Of a DNA stretch of 36,510 nt, positions 33,555 to 36,510 are shown piece after piece. A model generated the notes under the pieces. It searched no databases. It saw only the letters and a program-made list of their open reading frames with translations, and was not told the DNA's origin. Source of the stretch: Armatimonadia bacterium. GTDB lineage: Bacteria; Armatimonadota; Zipacnadia; Zipacnadales; UBA11051. Made by a program: the position numbers and the translations under genes. The stretch lies in NCBI GenBank assembly GCA_039683575.1, contig JBDKRC010000204.1:1-36510 (forward strand), read 5' to 3'. Each line of letters opens with the position of its first letter. Position 1 is the first letter of the stretch.

Positions 33555-36508
33555 CAGCGCGCTCCCTGTACGACCAGTTTGACTCCGCGATAGATTCCTC
33601 CGGCATAGGCGCTGTCATGCACCCGTACCGCGATGGTGTTCTCTTCTCCCGGCCTTACGAGTTCCCTCGGCACCGTGACCGCGAACGGCTCCTCCCAGAT
33701 CTCCCCGATGCTCTTTCCGGTTGACTTCACACTCCGCTCGCCGACGAACTGCCCGTTCACGTAGACCCACGCCTCCTCATCCACCCCGCTGAACTGCAGC
33801 GCGAGCTTCCCCTCGGGCAGCGTGGCGGGCAGCTTCACCCGTGCCCGGTACCACCCGTACCCGTCATAAGGCCCGATCTCGCTCTCCCAGGCCTGACCCA
33901 CGCGGATTAGCTTCCACCCTGTGTCATCAAACTCGCGCGCGAACCACTGCTCGGCCACTCCCACATCCTTCGGGTCGGTCTGAAACGCCCACCGTTCCGG
34001 CAAAGCCGTGACCTCCGGCGCCTCATCCGCCACTACCCGCAGATACAGGCCCCAGGGGAAGCTATCGGTCGAAAGCTGGGTCTGGCTGAGCTTCACCACG
34101 ATCAGGTTCGGCCCTGGCTTCAGCCGCACATCAACAACCTGCCGGTCCGGGCAGTCTGCGTTCAGCCCCGCCTTGTAGAAGACTTCCTCGCCATTGAGAA
34201 ACACATGGAAGGGGAAGAAGCTGTCCAGCCGGATCTGCGCCGAGAGGGCTCGCGGCGCGGTGTAGGTCGTCGCCGCATACGCATACGAGAGAGTCCACGG
34301 GTCCTTACCCGGCTTCTTCGGTGCCAGCGCCTGCTCGAGGTTCAGAAACCCTCCGGGGCTCTTATAATCCCACCAGGCGACCCCACGCCCGTTCGCCAGC
34401 TTCACTGGCTCCAGGCTGCCCAGGGGCTCAAACGTCTCCCGCACCTTATCCGAGGTGTTGGCTGTGTTGTCAAACGGCCCCAGCAGCTTCCACTCCGTCA
34501 CATAGCCCATCTGCTGCGGGAAGTTCTCGGCCAGCGCCTTCAGCCGCATGACCTTGGCCCGCGCGGGCGCGTCTTTCCCGTTCACCCAGTTCTTGGCCAT
34601 CAGCGCCGCCAGGACCCGGTCCATCCGGTCGAACTCGCTCACGGACTTTGCATAGTCCTTGCCCTGCGCCGCCCACACGCCTCCGAGGTAGGCCTCCAGG
34701 TACTGCTGGGCCAGGTCTACCATCGCCACCCGCTGCTCGTACGGCGCCTTGCCGTCCGCCAGCCTCATCCCCTCGTCCAGCGCCACCCGCGCCCGCTTGA
34801 TCTGCTCCGGCGTAAAGAGCCGGTGATAGTACGTCGTCCCCACCCCGATCATCTGCAGCCCCGGATGCGGCCGCTCCGTGGACTTCGCCATCTCGAGGTA
34901 GTGTCTCTCGAGCGCCCCTGCCGCCGGCCCGAAGAAGGCCCCGCACATGTCGTGCAGCACCGCTTCCGGCTTCTGGCTCGGGTCAACCTTCATCCGCAGC
35001 GGGATATACCGGTTCAGGTACGTCGCGGCCCCCGACGCCGGCAGCACTCCGCCGTCCGAGTAGCTCCCCATGACCCCCATCCCGCCCAGCATCGTCTTGA
35101 GCGACCGCCCCATGTCCAGGTAGATCGGGCAGGGCAGCCCGCCTGTCCACGAAATCGGGTCATACTCATACGCAAACACCCGCGGCGTCAGCTTCTGCCA
35201 GCGCGCCATGAAGCTATGGAAGTCCGAATGGGCGCACAGCTTCGTCGGCGTCAGGTGCAGCAGGCAGTAGTTCATCCGCGTGACCCCGATCACGACATTG
35301 TCGGCAGGCTTCTCGCGCACCGGCGGCTCGTCATGGCTCCAGTACGCATAGAACCCCACATACCGGTCAGGGAACTCGTCCTTGATCCCCGCCGCCACTG
35401 CGTTTACAAAGTGCAGCACCCGGTCGGTCACAACTGGCACCCCGCCGATGTATCGTCCCGGTGGGTCCAGTGCGCGGCACTTGTCGCACTCACAGAACTC
35501 CGGCCCGTCCTGCGGGTCCATCGGGAAGGCGACCCGCTCCTTGCCCCCACCGAGGTAGGCCTTGGCAACCTTGATCATCTCCGCCACTACTTCGGGGTTG
35601 CTGGTGCAAAGCTGCCGCGGCTGCCGCTTGCCGGCAATCAGCGAATACCACTCCGGATGCTTCTCAAAGTACTTCTCCGGCGGCAACGCGTAGAACCAGT
35701 AGTGCTGGGCCGTCAGCCAGTTGTGGAAGCCCCCCTGATTGCGCTCGAAGAAGTCCGCATAGGGCGTGCCGCTGCCGCACGGAGCCACCGCAAAGTTGCT
35801 CCGCGGTGCGAATTTCACAGTCCCCACTGGCAGCGTCAACCGCTGCACCCTTGGTATACACTCGCCCAACTCTCCCGGCATGACCCAGCGGCATCCCCAG
35901 GCATCGAGGATTGCATACAGCGCATTCTGCAGCCCCAGCCGCGTACAGGCCGTCAGCGTGATCCCCTGCGGCGTAACCTCCCGCCGCCAGCCCTGCCATA
36001 CGGCACTGTCGAGCATGGTGGTGCCCGGCGGGGTGGGTTCGAGCACCATTCGTAGCGCCAGAGCGCCCTCAGGCCGCGCCTGGGGTTCCGCCGCCGCCGC
36101 CAGCCCCACCGTATTCCAGGCCGCCGGGTCGGGCAGGAAAGTGATCGCGTTCTGTTCGACGATCGCCTTCCCCTGTTGCGGTCCCTGCCGCCACCGCGGC
36201 AGCGCCCATCCCTCTGTCCCGTCCGCTGCCTCAAACCCCTCGGCAAACAGCACCCTGTCGCCGCTCATCACGCGCACATCATCAACCCGCATCCGGCATT
36301 CCCGACCCTTGGCAGCATAGCCGCTAACGAAAGCAGCCGTCTTCCCGCCCCACTTCGCGGGCCAGTCCGCCGCCCACGCCTGCGCCCCACCTGTGTCCGA
36401 CACTCCCGGCTCCCGCTTGTCAGTACCCGCCTGGGTGGGGTCAAACCACTCGGTATAGACCCACTCCCCACCCGCAATCCGGTACCCGCCACGCACATCC
36501 TGCCCCCC
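33554..36508 (-). CDS. DUF4838 domain protein with C-terminal GH2-type sugar-binding domain (5' end beyond window)
   Basis: GCRWVMPG, YFEKHPEWY, QLCTSNP, FCECDKC, YAY; C-terminal W.FQTDP..G..EQW, YDGYGWYR, F.GVD..AWVYVNG, NTIAVRV.D..GGIY. Confidence 0.9.
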   Translation of the reverse strand, partial: GGQDVRGGYRIAGGEWVYTEWFDPTQAGTDKREPGVSDTGGAQAWAADWPAKWGGKTAAFVSGYAAKGRECRMRVDDVRVMSGDRVLFAEGFEAADGTEGWALPRWRQGPQQGKAIVEQNAITFLPDPAAWNTVGLAAAAEPQARPEGALALRMVLEPTPPGTTMLDSAVWQGWRREVTPQGITLTACTRLGLQNALYAILDAWGCRWVMPGELGECIPRVQRLTLPVGTVKFAPRSNFAVAPCGSGTPYADFFERNQGGFHNWLTAQHYWFYALPPEKYFEKHPEWYSLIAGKRQPRQLCTSNPEVVAEMIKVAKAYLGGGKERVAFPMDPQDGPEFCECDKCRALDPPGRYIGGVPVVTDRVLHFVNAVAAGIKDEFPDRYVGFYAYWSHDEPPVREKPADNVVIGVTRMNYCLLHLTPTKLCAHSDFHSFMARWQKLTPRVFAYEYDPISWTGGLPCPIYLDMGRSLKTMLGGMGVMGSYSDGGVLPASGAATYLNRYIPLRMKVDPSQKPEAVLHDMCGAFFGPAAGALERHYLEMAKSTERPHPGLQMIGVGTTYYHRLFTPEQIKRARVALDEGMRLADGKAPYEQRVAMVDLAQQYLEAYLGGVWAAQGKDYAKSVSEFDRMDRVLAALMAKNWVNGKDAPARAKVMRLKALAENFPQQMGYVTEWKLLGPFDNTANTSDKVRETFEPLGSLEPVKLANGRGVAWWDYKSPGGFLNLEQALAPKKPGKDPWTLSYAYAATTYTAPRALSAQIRLDSFFPFHVFLNGEEVFYKAGLNADCPDRQVVDVRLKPGPNLIVVKLSQTQLSTDSFPWGLYLRVVADEAPEVTALPERWAFQTDPKDVGVAEQWFAREFDDTGWKLIRVGQAWESEIGPYDGYGWYRARVKLPATLPEGKLALQFSGVDEEAWVYVNGQFVGERSVKSTGKSIGEIWEEPFAVTVPRELVRPGEENTIAVRVHDSAYAGGIYRGVKLVVQGAR

Positions 36509-36510
36509 GC

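Overview
GC-rich bacterial chromosomal window with about 33 protein-coding genes and no rRNA, tRNA, CRISPR array or transposase that I can recognise. The gene repertoire (DUF1559/H-X9-DG prepilin-like protein, DUF4838 protein, UroD-family protein, two Gfo/Idh/MocA oxidoreductases) is typical of Armatimonadota or Planctomycetota-like heterotrophs; this taxonomy is inference. Contents: 3' end of an alpha-2-macroglobulin gene, a TlpA-like redoxin, htpX, an 8-gene minus-strand envelope cluster (minimal DacB, ABC transporter, LolA-like protein, sigma-like membrane protein, TPR lipoprotein, DEDD exonuclease, hypothetical), a SIMPL protein, an NYN nuclease, carbohydrate-metabolism genes, FHA, CBS and GlsB proteins, and a large DUF4838 gene running off the right end. 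Intergenic space is heavily colonised by at least five families of REP/REPIN-like palindromes. Best leads: (1) a perfect TTGACA-N16-TATAAT promoter driving a ~70-nt two-hairpin RNA that ends in an intrinsic terminator just before the NYN ribonuclease gene, the layout of an RNA-antitoxin (type III TA-like) module; (2) a GTAG-type REPIN inserted in frame into an FGGY sugar kinase; (3) a degenerate ECF-sigma region 2 fused to a membrane anchor; (4) a secreted twin nitrilase whose E-K-C triad is split between its two domains. All family assignments are from motif recognition by eye, not database searches.
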